64,000 nt of DNA from Planctomycetota bacterium. GTDB lineage: Bacteria > Planctomycetota > UBA8108 > SXIK01. Every line of letters begins with the position of its first letter. Position 1 is the first letter of the stretch. The notes below the pieces were generated by a model that saw only the letters and a list, made by a program, of their open reading frames with translations, made no database searches and was not told where the DNA came from. The stretch lies in NCBI GenBank assembly GCA_965223265.1, contig OZ244999.1:5600001-5664000 (forward strand). The letters run 5' to 3'. Below are positions 1 to 8,536 of this stretch, piece by piece. The translations under genes were made by a program, and so were the position numbers.

Positions 1-148
1 CTTCGTTCACCCTGCAGTCGGCCGGCTGACGGACGCCAACCCGGACGTCTGGGTCTACCTGTTTGCCGCCGCTGGAATCCTGCCGTGCCTGGCTCTCGCC
101 GCTCTCGTTCTCTTTTGGAGAGAGCGACCCAAAGCGGTAGAACAGTAG
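1..148 (+). CDS. 3' end of a membrane protein, probably an MFS transporter (partial)
   Basis: Frame 2 reads FVHPAVGRLTDANPDVWVYLFAAAGILPCLALAALVLFWRERPKAVEQ*. The GxLxD loop plus a final hydrophobic helix is typical of MFS C-termini. Confidence 0.55.
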   Translation, partial: FVHPAVGRLTDANPDVWVYLFAAAGILPCLALAALVLFWRERPKAVEQ

Positions 149-214
149 AGGTGTCGCTAACACTTCGCTCCGACCTATCGGTCGGTTACACCATTGCATC
201 GGGAACGTTCTGCC

Positions 215-1141
215 ATGCATGTCATGCGATTCCTCTTCGCCGCGGCGCTCCTAGCGCCACTGGTTCGCTTGCCGGCAGAGACGCCACCGAAGGAAGAACC
301 ACAGACCGAAGACCCGGCGCCCGTCTCCAAGCTACTCCTCGAGGCCGACAGACTGACGCGCCGTGGCGACTACGACGCGGCGCTAGCAATAGCAAAACGC
401 GCCGCGGCGAGCGATCCCAAATCGGTCGACGCAGCGGCGGCCATCGGCATGATTCAGGCGCTCAAGCGCGACTACAAAGCAGCGATCGACGCGTTCAACG
501 GCGCGCTCAAGCTCGACCCCGAGCGCGGTCGGCTATACGACCGACGCGGCGACCAGTACTTCAAGCTCGGCGAGTTCAACAAAGCCATCGACGACTACGA
601 TGCGTTCCTGCGTCGTGAGCCACGCCACGCGCGCTCGCACTGGCGGCGCGGCATCGCCTACTACTACGCCGGCGAGTACGACAAAGGGCGCCTGCAGTTT
701 CGCGGCTACCAGAAGTTCGACTCCAACGACGTCGAAAACGCGGTGTGGCATTATCTCTGCATCGCCCGCGCCCACGGCACGGAGCTGGCGCAAAAGTCGA
801 TGCTCAAGATCGGCGACGATCGTCGCGTCCCCATGCGTCAGATCTACGAGCTCTTCGCAGGGCGGCTGAAGCCCGCGGCAGTACTCGAGACCGCAAGGGC
901 GGGCGATCCATCGTCTGAAGATCTCAACCGCCGACTCTTCTACGCACACCTCTACCTCGGACTCTACTGGCAAGTGAAGAAAGACCCGGAGAAAGAACGC
1001 CAGCACATCGCATTGGCCGCTGAGAAGCACCGCATCGGTCACTTCATGTGGGACGTCGCACGAGTCCACGCGGAGACGTGGAAGAGACGCGGGCGCGCAG
1101 ACACGCCGAAGGGAGGCGACAGCGAGAAGAAGCGCCCGTAG
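215..1141 (+). CDS. Secreted TPR protein, NlpI-like
   Basis: Signal peptide, TPR repeats (AAIDAFNGALKLDP, YDRRGDQYFKLGEFNKAIDDYD) and NlpI-like motifs DVENAVWHYLC and FYAHLYLGLY. Confidence 0.8.
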   Translation: MHVMRFLFAAALLAPLVRLPAETPPKEEPQTEDPAPVSKLLLEADRLTRRGDYDAALAIAKRAAASDPKSVDAAAAIGMIQALKRDYKAAIDAFNGALKLDPERGRLYDRRGDQYFKLGEFNKAIDDYDAFLRREPRHARSHWRRGIAYYYAGEYDKGRLQFRGYQKFDSNDVENAVWHYLCIARAHGTELAQKSMLKIGDDRRVPMRQIYELFAGRLKPAAVLETARAGDPSSEDLNRRLFYAHLYLGLYWQVKKDPEKERQHIALAAEKHRIGHFMWDVARVHAETWKRRGRADTPKGGDSEKKRP

Positions 1142-1194
1142 CGCTGAACGACTCGGTTTGCGCTTGCGTTCAAAGCCGCAGGCACGCGCCGCGT

Positions 1195-1346
1195 GCGTTT
1201 GCGTTTGCGTTTGCGTTTGCGTTTGCGTTTGCGTTTGCGTTTGCGTTTGCGTTTGCGTTTGCGTTTGCGTTTGCGTTTGCGTTTGCGTTTGCGTTTGCGT
1301 GGGCGTGGGCGTGAGCGTGGGCGTGAGCGTGGGCGTGGGCGTGGGC
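1195..1346 (+). repeat. Hexamer microsatellite: (GCGTTT)x17 then 8 GCGTGG/GCGTGA units
   Basis: Counted directly. Lies just downstream of the TPR gene stop and next to the REP doublet. A short continuation is at about 1440-1467. Confidence 0.95.
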
Positions 1347-1355
1347 GCTTCTCAA

Positions 1356-1424
1356 AGTAGCAGGCACTCTCCGAGTGCCGTGGCCGGAGAGAAGACGGAC
1401 GGCACTCGGAGAGTGCCTGCTACT
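1356..1424. repeat. REP doublet (REPIN-like): two inverted GTAG-hairpin repeats
   Basis: AGTAGCAGGCACTCTCCGAGTGCCGT (1356-1381) and its perfect reverse complement (1399-1424), 17 nt apart. Each arm is GTAG followed by the hairpin GGCACTC-TCC-GAGTGCC. Confidence 0.85.
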
Positions 1425-1712
1425 ATGGGGCGCTTCTGTCGTTTGCGTTTGCGTGGGCGTGGGCGTGCTCCTCTGTTCCTGAGTCTGCCTTAGCCGTCCG
1501 TCTCAGTCCCTCCGCGTGGGCGCATCTTGTGTCTCCGTCGTGGACACTTCGTCCCGGCCGACCTTGCGATGTTCACGCGGGGCGCAAGCCTCACGCCCAC
1601 GAAGAGCTCACTTCAAGCTCTTTGCGACACCGGCACGAAAATCGCAGTGTCAAAAAACATGGGAAACTCCCATAGGGTCGTCCGCCGTGCCCCTTCAACC
1701 TACGAGAGAAAC

Positions 1713-2144
1713 ATGCGTCGAAACATTAGCTTTGTCGTTGCACTCCTGGTCACCATGCACTTCACCGCCACCCCGGCTTACGCCGAGAACTTCGTCGACG
1801 AGATCCTGATCCTTCTCGGTCTCGAGGACAAGAAGAAGAGCCCGAGTGGCGGGATCGTCCCGAACGTCATCGAAGACGGCGGCGGTTCGAACGACGAGAT
1901 ACCGGAGCGCATCATCGATCACTTCGAAGAGAACGATGGCAACCCACCGCTTCCTGGGGACGACGAAGAGAACGACCTGCCCTTCAACGAAAACCAGGAC
2001 CCGCCGATCTTTGGCCTGCAGCAGGAGCCGGGTCTGCCGACGACGCCTGAGCCGCTGACGTGTCTTCTCGTTACTTTGGGCGCTGGTGCTGGCCTTGTCG
2101 TTCGTCGCAAGCGAGCCGCCAGTTCTACGACAGACGATCTCTAA
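1713..2144 (+). CDS. Small acidic PEP-CTERM sorting-domain protein
   Basis: Signal peptide ending AYA, D/E/P-rich body, C-terminal TPEP + hydrophobic helix + RRKR. Confidence 0.8.
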   Translation: MRRNISFVVALLVTMHFTATPAYAENFVDEILILLGLEDKKKSPSGGIVPNVIEDGGGSNDEIPERIIDHFEENDGNPPLPGDDEENDLPFNENQDPPIFGLQQEPGLPTTPEPLTCLLVTLGAGAGLVVRRKRAASSTTDDL

Positions 2145-2170
2145 GAAACTCCTCTCGAAACCAAAACAAT

Positions 2171-2218
2171 GGCGACAAAGACCAACCCTCCCTGTGGTCT
2201 TTGTCGCCGTCTTTTTTT
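2171..2218 (+). terminator. Rho-independent terminator
   Basis: 14-bp stem GGCGACAAAGACCA/TGGTCTTTGTCGCC followed by T7, between convergent genes. Confidence 0.85.
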
Positions 2219-2243
2219 CCCGCTTCGCCGAGGTGCGACGGAA

Positions 2244-3428
2244 TCAGCGTGCCGCGGTTTCCTGCTGAGCCTGGTAGGTGATCCAGGAAACCTGCGTGAT
2301 CAGCTGATCGATCGAAGCGAAGGAAACGGCGGCGTTCGTGGCGTACTTCGGTGCGCTGTTGGCGGGAAATGTCGCCAGTGTAGCGTCGCCCACCAAAAAC
2401 ACGTTGAAGTCCTTCGACAGATTCTCGTATCCAGCCGTCGTCTTGCAGTAGCACATGTCTGTGGCGTATCCCGTCATGAGGACGTGCCGAATTCCCTCGT
2501 CTTTGAGAAACTTTTTCAGCGGCTCATAGCCCGGCGCGTCGTAAATCACGACATCGTCCTCATGGACGTCGATATCACGCGTCACCGGAATCGGGAGGTC
2601 CCAAAAGCCCGCGCTGTTGAATTGAGGTCCGGCGTCAAGGCCGCGGAATTGGCGGAAATAATCGATGACCGGGTGCGCCTTCGAAAGCTTGAGCGTCGCC
2701 GGCAGTGGCTCGCCGGTATAGTCGAACCCGTTTAACTTGCGATCGAGCTCTTTCGCTCCTTCACGGCGTTCCTCGGCCGATGGTTTGTGCGTGAACGACC
2801 GGTAGAGCTTGCGGCGGATCGGATCCTTGTCGCCGGGAAGGCTATAGAGGATGAGTTTCACCTTGCCGCGCAGCGACTTGAGGAACGGGTTGATCACTTC
2901 GCGGGTGTGCTTCCCAGCGAGTGCGTTCTTTGTCGGTGTACAGAAATCAGCGGCTCCCGCCGGCTGCGGCGTGCGCCACCCCTGTCCGTCGTCGACGCCC
3001 CAGGGGTGCACCATGACGATCGCTGTCTCGGCCGCGCGTAGTCGATTGGGCATCTCGATGATGCCGCGCGCGTTGTACGAGAATCGCCATGCACGCACAA
3101 AGAGGTCGGCCCCTTCGTCGTCCACGAGTATGGGAGCTTCATAGCGCTGCACCTCCTCAACGGGCGCGACATAATCGGGATGGTCCGCGAGGATCGGACG
3201 CGGGCTATCGATGATTTTGAGCGTATTTTTGTACTCGCGGGTCTCCTCCGTCCCTGCAGCGACATCGGAGGGGGTCTCGGCGCCAGCGGCGGCATGCGAG
3301 AGCATCTCACGTGTCGAGCAGTAGAGAGCCAACACAAGCGCCGCCGCACATACGAAGGTGAGGCAGCGACGAACGCACGGGAATTGCGATTCAAATCGAC
3401 GGCAGCGGGAAAGCGACTGAGCGCGCAT
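2244..3428 (-). CDS. Isochorismatase/cysteine hydrolase-like protein, probably exported
   Basis: C-terminal GIRHVLMTGYATDMC...FNVFLVGDAT motif and an N-terminal hydrophobic segment. Start is uncertain. Confidence 0.65.
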   Translation of the reverse strand: MRAQSLSRCRRFESQFPCVRRCLTFVCAAALVLALYCSTREMLSHAAAGAETPSDVAAGTEETREYKNTLKIIDSPRPILADHPDYVAPVEEVQRYEAPILVDDEGADLFVRAWRFSYNARGIIEMPNRLRAAETAIVMVHPWGVDDGQGWRTPQPAGAADFCTPTKNALAGKHTREVINPFLKSLRGKVKLILYSLPGDKDPIRRKLYRSFTHKPSAEERREGAKELDRKLNGFDYTGEPLPATLKLSKAHPVIDYFRQFRGLDAGPQFNSAGFWDLPIPVTRDIDVHEDDVVIYDAPGYEPLKKFLKDEGIRHVLMTGYATDMCYCKTTAGYENLSKDFNVFLVGDATLATFPANSAPKYATNAAVSFASIDQLITQVSWITYQAQQETAAR

Positions 3429-3464
3429 GGTTCCTCCGCGGAAGACAGACCAAACGAGTGGGCA

Positions 3465-4586
3465 CTACGCTAAATCGACGCGACACGAGGCCACTTGATC
3501 GTCGTCGAGCTCAACACCGAGACCTGGTCCCGACGGCGGCATGGCACGGCCGCCACTGAGCTCAAGCGACTCGGCGAGCAAATCTGTGTCGTAATAAAGC
3601 GGCCCGATGATATCACAAGGGAACTCCTCCGAGCCGATCCCTGATGTCGCCATGGCGAGGTGGATCATCGCCGCGCTCGCCACACCGAGCTCCAGATTGC
3701 TCCCGATCGTGCACGTCGCCCCGGCTGCTTGGGCGACCGCCGCGATCTTCAGCCCGGCGCTGATGCCGCCGCCCTTGCCGACATAGACCGACAGGACGTC
3801 TGCGGCGTCGGCGCGCAAGACCGCCATCGCCTCCTGGAGATTGAAGACGCTCTCGTCGGCCATGATGGGAACGCGCACGCTGCGGCGCACGTCAGCCAGC
3901 CACGTGACGTCGAGCGGCTGAACGGGCTGCTCGGCAAAGAAGATATCGTACTCCTCAAGCTCGCGAATCATCCGGATCGCGACGCGCGGCGACCATCCAC
4001 CATTGGCATCGATGCCGAGGCGCACATCCGGTCCGATCGCCTGGCGAATGGCACGCACACGGGCGATGTCCTCCTTGGGGTCAATCCCGACCTTGACCTT
4101 CATGGCACGAAAACCAACGTCGATCGCCCACGAAGCGATGTCGGCTGCACGTGCTGGATCGGTACCCGAAATCGAAAACTTCGTCGTCACCGCGTCGCGC
4201 GCTGGCCCGCCGAGCAAGCGGTAGAGCGGAAGTCCAGCGACCTTCCCGAGAATGTCCCAAAGTGCCATCTCAAGAGCTGACTTGGTGAACACATGACCGA
4301 CGATCGGCGCTTCGATACGCGCAACGAGTCGTTCGATCTGCAGTGGATCCTCGCCGATCAGGAGGGGCGACAAGACTCGCTCAATGAAGTGCGCCGATGT
4401 GACGTAATCCTCACCGCTCCAGATCGGGTCGCAGGAAACTTCGCCGAGTCCGACGACACCGTCGTCGGTGTGCATCTTGACGAGAAGGAAAGTGTTCTCC
4501 GCGGTGAACTTCTTGCTCGAACGGATCGCACGCTCCGGATTCTTCTTCAGACGTACAGGGATCGTCTCGATGCGGGTGATCTTCAT
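3465..4586 (-). CDS. Mandelate racemase/muconate cycloisomerase family enolase
   Basis: MKITRIETIP start, KVKVG, DANGGW, EQP and MADES motifs, C-terminal GPGLGVELD. Confidence 0.9.
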   Translation of the reverse strand: MKITRIETIPVRLKKNPERAIRSSKKFTAENTFLLVKMHTDDGVVGLGEVSCDPIWSGEDYVTSAHFIERVLSPLLIGEDPLQIERLVARIEAPIVGHVFTKSALEMALWDILGKVAGLPLYRLLGGPARDAVTTKFSISGTDPARAADIASWAIDVGFRAMKVKVGIDPKEDIARVRAIRQAIGPDVRLGIDANGGWSPRVAIRMIRELEEYDIFFAEQPVQPLDVTWLADVRRSVRVPIMADESVFNLQEAMAVLRADAADVLSVYVGKGGGISAGLKIAAVAQAAGATCTIGSNLELGVASAAMIHLAMATSGIGSEEFPCDIIGPLYYDTDLLAESLELSGGRAMPPSGPGLGVELDDDQVASCRVDLA

Positions 4587-4923
4587 GCGAGGTCTCGAGG
4601 CTGACGGAACAGACCCATCGGGGGCAGCGGGTCTGCTCCAACATAACAGGAAGCTATAGAGCTGGGACAATGAAATGAAGTTCGCGCGCTGGTCCACCGC
4701 GTCGGGAGGAGTCATCGGTGACGGTTTTCTTGGGGAGGAACTGTGGGTGACTGCGAGGGCGAGGGCACCCTTGAGGCCGGCTTTCGTTCGGTTACGATCG
4801 ACAAAACCGCCGCACGCACGCCCGGAGCAGCAGAGCTCTTCTCTCCGTTCGGCTCGATCGCCGCGGTCGCACCGGTGTGCGGGGGCGTTCTCCGAATCCG
4901 TCTCTGCCTCCGACTCTGTCTCT

Positions 4924-6460
4924 GCGAGCGGCAATGAGTCCGCACGCGAAGCGTCTCGTTTGGCGGCCAGGCAGCAAATGCCCTTGCTGCCTGGCCAAGA
5001 CCGTTTTGGTGCGCTGAGGTTTCCTGAAGTTTTCGAAAGAGTCTATCGCGCGGTTGAAGCCAGCCTTCCATACGCACTTTGGGTGAGGAGTCTGTCCTGG
5101 AGTCCTCTGTGCAAGTTGGGGTCCGAACCGTCGTGGTGCTGCACACTCCGTCGCGAACTCCTGGTATGATCGAAGGAAGTTTGGACGCCCTCGATCGGTT
5201 CAGTGCAGAGGTCGCAGTCACCAAGACGAGACTTTTCACGCGGGTAGATCCTTCAGAGGTTTTTCAGTCGCCTCGTAATGACACAGGAGGCTCAGGCCGA
5301 GCGACGCGTCGAGCGCGAGGCGTTGTAGAGTGGATCGTAGCGCTCGCCGCTGGCCCAGAGGTGATGCATCAGCACGGCGAGCTTTCGTGCCACGGCGACC
5401 GTGGCTTGCTTTTTGCCCCTGGCAGCGCCGCGCTGTCCCAGCCGCTCACCGAAGCGCCTTAGATCGCAGTCCTCCCCGAACGGCCCCAAGATATAATGCG
5501 CGCTGCCGACAAGCAGTCGGCGTAGGTAGCCGTTGCCATACTTCGAAATACGAAGCTGTGGAGTCCTCGACGAAGAGTCGTGCTGCTTCGGGACGAGTCC
5601 GAGATAGGCCCCGACCTTGCGGCTCTTGGAGAAACGCTCCGGGCTCTCCAGGCTCAAGACAAACGCCAGTGCCGTCAGTGGCCCTACGCCGTTGATCTCT
5701 TGAAGGCGCTTGGTCTCTGGGTACTTCTCTGAGAGCGCCTTGATCTCTCTGTCGTAGCTGCGCACCGTGGCGCTAAGCTGTCCGATCTGCTCGAGCATCG
5801 GTAGCACCGCCGCCTCGAGCTCCTCGGGAATATCCTCCCTGACTTTGTAGTGGAAGGCGGCGCTTGAGCAGCTCTTGAGGCGATACCCGCTCGACTTGAC
5901 GAGACCTCGCACGCTGTTGATCAGTGTCGTGCGAGTGCGCACTACCGCGTCACGCGCACGGATGACTGCCAGGTCGTTTTGCGCTGAAAGCTGGCGGTGA
6001 CGAACCGGTCGCAACAGGCGCGGGCTGCCCCAGCCCAGCGTCGCCAGGGTGACGGCGTCGAGCTCGTCGTTCTTGCGACCGTTGGCGGCAAGAGCGCGCC
6101 CAGCGCAGACAGGATTGGCAACGATCACCTCGAAGCCGAGCTCTTCGAGCACCGCACTGACCCACGGCGAGTGCGTGCTCGCCTCGCAGACCACGCGCGA
6201 GCCTCGCGGGAACTCATCAAAGCGCTTAGCGAGCGCCGAGCGTGTCGTCGCCACGCGCTCGTTGGCGAGGATCTCTCCATCGAGCGTTATCGCCACCAAG
6301 TGGCTAAGGCGGTCGCCGAGATCAAGGCCGATAGACAACATACGCTGAGTTTGATTACTTTGGGACATGGTCAGTCTCTCCTTCTGGGCTCAAAGCCCGG
6401 TTAATGTTGCAGATCCTTCTTCGGATACTGCGTGGAGGGACTGGCCTTCTCATCCCATCT
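4924..6460 (-). mobile_element. IS110-family (IS1111-type) element, copy A; lacks the terminal 129 bp of the right end
   Basis: 4924-6463 aligns with 6652-8191 at an offset of 1728. Left sub-terminal IR at 6442-6453. Flanked on both sides by microsatellite. Confidence 0.85.
5292..6368 (-). CDS. IS110 family transposase/recombinase (copy A)
   Basis: DEDD RuvC-like N-terminus (IGLDLG, CEA, KNDELDA), GVGPLTA, AYLGLVP and AVARKLAV motifs. Confidence 0.95.
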   Translation of the reverse strand: MSQSNQTQRMLSIGLDLGDRLSHLVAITLDGEILANERVATTRSALAKRFDEFPRGSRVVCEASTHSPWVSAVLEELGFEVIVANPVCAGRALAANGRKNDELDAVTLATLGWGSPRLLRPVRHRQLSAQNDLAVIRARDAVVRTRTTLINSVRGLVKSSGYRLKSCSSAAFHYKVREDIPEELEAAVLPMLEQIGQLSATVRSYDREIKALSEKYPETKRLQEINGVGPLTALAFVLSLESPERFSKSRKVGAYLGLVPKQHDSSSRTPQLRISKYGNGYLRRLLVGSAHYILGPFGEDCDLRRFGERLGQRGAARGKKQATVAVARKLAVLMHHLWASGERYDPLYNASRSTRRSA

Positions 6461-6779
6461 CCGTCTCCGTCCGTCTGTCTCTGCCTCCGACTCTGCCTCC
6501 GACTCCGACTCTGTCTCTGCCTTCCATGAGAAGGCCAAAAAGTCAAGAGAGGCGAACGTGGTCGCCGCCCGAGCGCAGCGAGGTCAATCGTTCTCTGCGC
6601 CCAGCGAAGGTCAGTTGTAGGGTGGGAGGCCTGCGCGGCAGGGAGGGGCCCGCGAGCGGCAACGAGTCCGCACGCGAAGCGTCTCGTTTGGCGGCTGGGC
6701 AGCAAATGCCCTTGCTGCCTGGCCAAGAGCGTTTTGGTGCGCTGAGGTTTCCTGAAGTTCTCGAAAGAGTCTATGGCGC

Positions 6780-7015
6780 GGTTGAAGCCAGCCTTCCATA
6801 CGCACTTTGGGTGAGGAGTCTGTCCTGGAGTCCTCTGTGCAAGTTGGGGTCCGAACCGTCGTGGTGCTGCACACTCCGTCGCGAACTCCTGGTATGATCG
6901 AAGGAAGTTTGGACGCCCTCGATCGGTTCAGTGCAGAGATCGCAGTCACCAAGACGAGACTTTTCACGCGGGTAGATCCTTCAGAGGTTTTTCAGTCGCC
7001 TCGTAATGACACAGG
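6780..7015 (-). ncRNA. Putative bridge/seek RNA downstream of the transposase (equivalent in copy A about 5052-5287)
   Basis: Long non-coding region conserved in both copies. It contains short segments matching the flanks and the predicted circle junction in the order expected for target loop then donor loop. Boundaries are approximate. Confidence 0.6.
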
Positions 7016-7019
7016 CGGC

Positions 7020-8096
7020 TCAGGCCGAGCGACGCTTCGAGCGCGAGGCGCTGTAGAGTGGATCGTAGCGCTCGCCGCTGGCCCAGAGGTGGTGCATCAG
7101 CACGGCGAGCTTTCGTGCCACGGCGACCGTAGCTTGCTTCTTACCGCGAGCGGCGCCGCGCTGCCCCAGCCGCTCACCAAAACGCCTCAGATCGCAGTCC
7201 TCCCCGAACGGCCCCAAGATGTAATGCGCGCTGCCGACAAGCAGTCGACGTAGGTAGCTATTGCCGTACTTCGAAATACGAAGCTGTGGAGTCCTCGACG
7301 AAGAGTCGTGCTGCTTCGGGACGAGTCCGAGATAGGCCCCGACCTTGCGGCTCTTGGAGAAACGCTCCCGATTCTCCAGGCTCAAGACAAACGCCAGCGC
7401 CGTCAGTGGCCCTACGCCGTTGATCTCTTGAAGGCTCTTGGTCTCTGGGTACTTCTCTGAGAGCGCCTTGATCTCTCTGTCGTAGCTGCGCACCGTGGCG
7501 CTAAGCTGCCCGATCTGCTCGAGCATCGGTAGCACCGCCGCCTCGAGCTCCTCGGGAATATCCTCCCTGACTTTGTAGTGGAAGGCGGCGCTTGAGCAGC
7601 TCTTGAGGCGATACCCGCTCGACTTGACGAGACCTCGCACGCTGTTGATCAGTGTCGTGCGAGTGCGCACTACTGCGTCACGGGCACGGATGACTGCCAG
7701 GTCGTTTTGGGCTGAGAGCTGGCGGTGACGAACCGGTCGCAACAGGCGCGGGCTGCCCCAGCCCAGCGTCGCCAGGGTGACGGCGTCGAGCTCGTCGTTC
7801 TTGCGACCGTTGGCGGCAAGAGCACGCCCTGCGCAGACAGGATTGGCAACGATCACCTCGAAGCCGAGCTCTTCGAGCACCGCACTGACCCACGGCGAGT
7901 GCGTGCCCGCCTCGCAGACCACGCGCGAGCCTCGCGGGAACTCATCAAAGCGCCTAGCGAGCGCCGAGCGTGTCGTCGCCACGCGCTCGTTGGCGAGGAT
8001 CTCTCCATCGAGCGTTATCGCCACCAAGTGGCTAAGGCGGTCGCCGAGATCAAGGCCGATAGACAACATACGCTGTGTTTGATTACTTTGGGACAT
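7020..8096 (-). CDS. IS110 family transposase/recombinase (copy B)
   Basis: 358 aa, about 8 substitutions versus copy A, same motifs. Confidence 0.95.
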   Translation of the reverse strand: MSQSNQTQRMLSIGLDLGDRLSHLVAITLDGEILANERVATTRSALARRFDEFPRGSRVVCEAGTHSPWVSAVLEELGFEVIVANPVCAGRALAANGRKNDELDAVTLATLGWGSPRLLRPVRHRQLSAQNDLAVIRARDAVVRTRTTLINSVRGLVKSSGYRLKSCSSAAFHYKVREDIPEELEAAVLPMLEQIGQLSATVRSYDREIKALSEKYPETKSLQEINGVGPLTALAFVLSLENRERFSKSRKVGAYLGLVPKQHDSSSRTPQLRISKYGNSYLRRLLVGSAHYILGPFGEDCDLRRFGERLGQRGAARGKKQATVAVARKLAVLMHHLWASGERYDPLYSASRSKRRSA

Positions 8097-8186
8097 GGTC
8101 AGTCTCTCCTTCTGGGTTCAAAGCCCGGTTAATGTTGCAGATCCTTCTTCGGATACTGCGTGGAGGGACTGGCCTTCTCATCCCAT

Positions 8187-8455
8187 CTCCGACTCTGCCT
8201 CCGACTCCGACTCTGCCTCCGACTCCGTCCGTCTGTCTCTGCCTCCGACTCCGACTCTGCCTCCGACTCCGACTCTGTCTCTGCCTCCGACTCTGCCTCC
8301 GACTCCGACTCTGCCTCCGACTCCGTCCGTCTGTCTCTGCCTCCGACTCCGACTCTGCCTCCGGCTCCGACTCTGTCTCTGCCTCCGACTCTGCCTCCGA
8401 CTCTGCCTCCGACTCCGTCCGTCTGTCTCTGCCTCCGACTCCGACTCTGCCTCCG
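8187..8455 (+). repeat. Mixed hexamer microsatellite (CTCCGA/CTCTGC/CTCTGT); related tracts at about 4896-4926 and 6459-6522
   Basis: Seen directly; surrounds and separates both IS copies. Confidence 0.95.
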
Positions 8456-8536
8456 CCCGGAAACCCAGAACCCAAGCAGGGAAATGCGTTCGGCGGGCTC
8501 GAACCAGCCGAACGTCGTTTCCCGCCGGCGTTGAGC

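Larger units (their letters stand above)
6523..8188 (-). mobile_element. IS110-family (IS1111-type) element, copy B, apparently complete
   Basis: Perfect 12-bp sub-terminal IRs ATGAGAAGGCCA (6526-6537) and TGGCCTTCTCAT (8170-8181), 3 and 7 nt from the ends. CT dinucleotide at both junctions (6521-6522, 8187-8188). Confidence 0.85.

Noticed and set aside
1048-1493. AFAFAF/CVCVCV/ANANAN ORFs
   Set aside because: Artefacts of the (GCGTTT)n tract.
4587-4934. N-terminal extension of the enolase ORF (489 aa)
   Set aside because: It begins in IS and microsatellite sequence; the family-typical start MKITRIE is at 4586.
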